From Candidatus Bathyarchaeota archaeon (GTDB lineage Archaea; Thermoproteota; Bathyarchaeia; Bathyarchaeales; Bathycorpusculaceae), in the NCBI GenBank assembly GCA_963775465.1, contig CAVZIW010000006.1:160001-224000 (forward strand): a DNA stretch of 64,000 bases, written 5' to 3'. This document shows positions 61,444-64,000 of the stretch, piece after piece (the first letter of the stretch is position 1; the number at the start of each line of letters is the position of its first letter). The position numbers and the translations under genes are program-made. The notes beneath the pieces were generated by a model that was not told the origin of the DNA, ran no database searches, and saw only the letters and a program-made list of their open reading frames with translations.

Positions 61444-62028
61444 ATGACTGAAGCAAAAATTAAAAAAACCAAAGTCGCTTGGGGAATTACAGGCGCAGGC
61501 GACAAAATAGCTGAAATTATTGAAACCATGAAAGACCTGAAGAAACAGTCAGAAGGAATCGTTGAAATCCACGTCTTCCTTTCCAAAGCAGCCGAAATTA
61601 TGCTTAAATTTTACCGTCTAGAAGATGATTTGCGCCAAAACTTTGCCAAAGTCACGGTTGAATCAAATTCTAATTCACCGTTTTTGGCAGGCATGATGCA
61701 GAGTCACAAATACGAGTTTCTTCTGATTTTTCCGGCATCATCAAACACAGTTGCAAAAATAGTCAACAGCATCAGCGACACGCTGCTCACGAATTCAGCG
61801 CTTATGAGCCTCAAAGCTTTTGTTCCAGTGTGGATTATGCCAGTGGATTTTAAAGAAAACGTAATCTACACTAAACTGCCCAATGGCAAGGAAATGAAAT
61901 TACGGGTACGCAAAGAGGAAGCAGATCAGGTCCGTAAACTTGAAGCAACGGAAGATGTTCATGTTTTTGAAAATCCTCAAAAAGTACGTGAGGCCTTTTT
62001 GAACTGGCTAAAAACCGTTAACGGATAG
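61444..62028 (+). CDS. afpA: Archaeoflavoprotein AfpA family
   Basis: 'VAWGITGAG', 'NSNSPFLAG', 'PASSNTVAKI..SISDTL', 'MPVD'. Confidence 0.82.
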   Translation: MTEAKIKKTKVAWGITGAGDKIAEIIETMKDLKKQSEGIVEIHVFLSKAAEIMLKFYRLEDDLRQNFAKVTVESNSNSPFLAGMMQSHKYEFLLIFPASSNTVAKIVNSISDTLLTNSALMSLKAFVPVWIMPVDFKENVIYTKLPNGKEMKLRVRKEEADQVRKLEATEDVHVFENPQKVREAFLNWLKTVNG

Positions 62029-62051
62029 CGCCAAAAAGCCTCTATTTTTCT

Positions 62052-63998
62052 CTAACCTTTTGTTTCTGAAGCTGTATTTGTTCGTTCGCTCAATGATGCT
62101 GGCAAGATTATATTGAATTTTGTTCCCTTTCCCATTTCACTGTTGAATTCCACTTTTCCATTTAATGCTTCAGTTAAGCGTTTGATGACAGCTAACCCGA
62201 AACCTTGACCCTTAGATTTAGTCGTGAAAAGAGGAATGAAGAGCTTTGACTTAACATCTTCAGGTATTCCCATTCCAGTATCTTGAACCGAAATTATTAG
62301 ATCTGAACCTTCTCTATAAGCTAAAATTGTTAAGGCTCCTCCTTCAGGCATAGCTTGAACCGCATTATTCACCAAGTTAAACAAAATACGCTTAACCCAG
62401 TTTTCATCAGCCACAAGTTCGCTGGCATTCTCATTTATGGTGCATGAAAGTATGATGTTTTCAGGGATATTTGCTTTGGACAAGATATCACTACATACTG
62501 CTCGCAAATCCATTTTTTGGATAGAAGGATTGAGGGGTCTTGCGAAATCCTGCAAATCAGCAACGATTTTATTAATGTAATCTGCGTTCTTTTCAATTTC
62601 AGCTAAGCTTTCTTTTACTGCAGTTTTATTCTCACTGTCCGGAAAGAAGACAAGTTCTTCTTTTGCCAAGTAGAGGTCGCTTATTATGGCTTGAAGCGGG
62701 TTGCGAATATCGTGACCGACCATGCCTGCGGTTGCCCCAATGGTTGCAAGTCTTTCCGAATCTCTTAGCTGCTTGGTTTTTTCTTCAACCATTTGTTCAA
62801 GGTTTTCCGAGTGGGTTTTGAGCAGCTTCTCATTTTCAGCTAGTCTTTCAAGTGTCTGACTATTGATGAGGGCAATAGATGCTATTTCACCAAATGCCGC
62901 TGCCATTTGCGCGTCACGTTCGTTGAAGGGAATTGGCTTATTTGCCAATCCCATTATGCCAACAGTTTTCCTATCAATTACTAGCGGCGCAAACATAACG
63001 TTATTTAAAACTACGTGCCCCTTAGGCATTAGCTCAACCCATTGGCTATTAACAAAATCGTTATCGTAAGCTACCTTTCCTGTTAAGTATGAACTCGCCC
63101 GTAATCCACGGATTGGCATAGGCAAAGCTGGATCTACTGTGCAAGGTCGTCCACCCGCATCCAAAAACAAAACCTGGTTCTCTTTTTCGTCCTCACTCAA
63201 AAGAGCCACATAACCCGCCGATGCACCCAGCAGATTCTTACAGCAATCGAAAATCACTTTAGAAGCATTGCTAAATTCGCGGTGAACTAAGACTGCCTTT
63301 GATGCTTCCAAAAGGGCGGCAACCTCGGATTGCCTAGATTGAGAAGCTTTGAGAGTTTCCAGCAATTCATTCTCCATTGCTTTGCGTTTCGTAATGTCGA
63401 TGCAGGTGCCAACCCAATCGATAACATCTCCTGATTCATCAAAAAGGGGAACTCCCCTTGCAAGAAAATGTCGGAAAACGCCATCTCTGCGCCTTAATCG
63501 ATATTCAATTTCATAATTACTTTTGTCTTCTACGGCTTTTTTCCAAACTCTAGTTGTTCTCTCAAGATCTTCAGGATGAATTGCTCTAAGCCAACCCCAT
63601 CCCTTTACTTCGTTAAAAGATTGCCCAGTGAAATTTCTAAACGTTGGAATATCTTCAACCACTTCTCCTTTGGCATTTGTTGTCCAACCGAGTTCACCTG
63701 TAACTTCTATGTATGAACGATATTTTTCTTCACTTTTTCTTCGAGCATCATCAGCTCTTTTGCGTTCAGTTATATCTCTTGCAACGTGAACTGAACCAAC
63801 CATGCGTCCAAATTCATCTTTGAGCGGTGTAGTGCTGACTAAAAAGTCTCCTCCGAGTCTGTCTTCATGTACTTCCGCTGTATGTTCTTGCTCATCTAAT
63901 AGTGACTTTGCATGGGGACAGAACTCTGGGGGTTCACCAGTTCCATGAACGCATGTATAACAGTTTAATCCAATGGCTTGTTCTGGTGTTGTCTTTAA
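62052..63998 (-). CDS. PAS/PAS/GAF sensor histidine kinase; truncated by window end
   Basis: Frame open to the window edge; PAS with 'CYTCVHG..PPEFCP', 'IHPED', GAF, 'GHDIRNPL', 'GFGL'. Confidence 0.92.
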   Translation of the reverse strand, partial: LKTTPEQAIGLNCYTCVHGTGEPPEFCPHAKSLLDEQEHTAEVHEDRLGGDFLVSTTPLKDEFGRMVGSVHVARDITERKRADDARRKSEEKYRSYIEVTGELGWTTNAKGEVVEDIPTFRNFTGQSFNEVKGWGWLRAIHPEDLERTTRVWKKAVEDKSNYEIEYRLRRRDGVFRHFLARGVPLFDESGDVIDWVGTCIDITKRKAMENELLETLKASQSRQSEVAALLEASKAVLVHREFSNASKVIFDCCKNLLGASAGYVALLSEDEKENQVLFLDAGGRPCTVDPALPMPIRGLRASSYLTGKVAYDNDFVNSQWVELMPKGHVVLNNVMFAPLVIDRKTVGIMGLANKPIPFNERDAQMAAAFGEIASIALINSQTLERLAENEKLLKTHSENLEQMVEEKTKQLRDSERLATIGATAGMVGHDIRNPLQAIISDLYLAKEELVFFPDSENKTAVKESLAEIEKNADYINKIVADLQDFARPLNPSIQKMDLRAVCSDILSKANIPENIILSCTINENASELVADENWVKRILFNLVNNAVQAMPEGGALTILAYREGSDLIISVQDTGMGIPEDVKSKLFIPLFTTKSKGQGFGLAVIKRLTEALNGKVEFNSEMGKGTKFNIILPASLSERTNTASETKG

Positions 63999-64000
63999 AG

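Overview
Archaeal chromosomal window; gene content (mch, AfpA, many PAS histidine kinases with 'GMVGHD(L/I)RNPLQ', large TrmB, many TM-anchored Ig-like proteins) suggests Bathyarchaeia (inference). Core genes: pheS/pheT, uS12-uS7, P1/L12, an EF-2-family protein, DRG GTPase, SelB-like factor, ino1, PGI/PMI, SPOUT methylase, presenilin-like protease, LipS1-like radical SAM, P-type ATPase and tRNA-Ala(GGC). An accessory region (~30.5-43.3 kb) starts next to the tRNA. No rRNA, CRISPR array, integrase or transposase was seen. Best leads: (1) a CitG homologue next to three paralogous Pol-beta-type nucleotidyltransferases near mch, whose CitG/CitX-like chemistry would fit the ribosyl-phosphodiester tail of methanopterin; (2) an unannotated three-gene cluster (tandem TULIP/BPI-like protein, cupredoxin-like repeat protein, NPP1/Vps62-like protein); (3) an EF-2 with a divergent switch-I motif; (4) two zinc-finger microproteins below the ORF-track cutoff, one RING-like; (5) a degenerate KaiC + 7TM + intact KaiC module. 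All family calls come from motif recognition by eye, not database searches.
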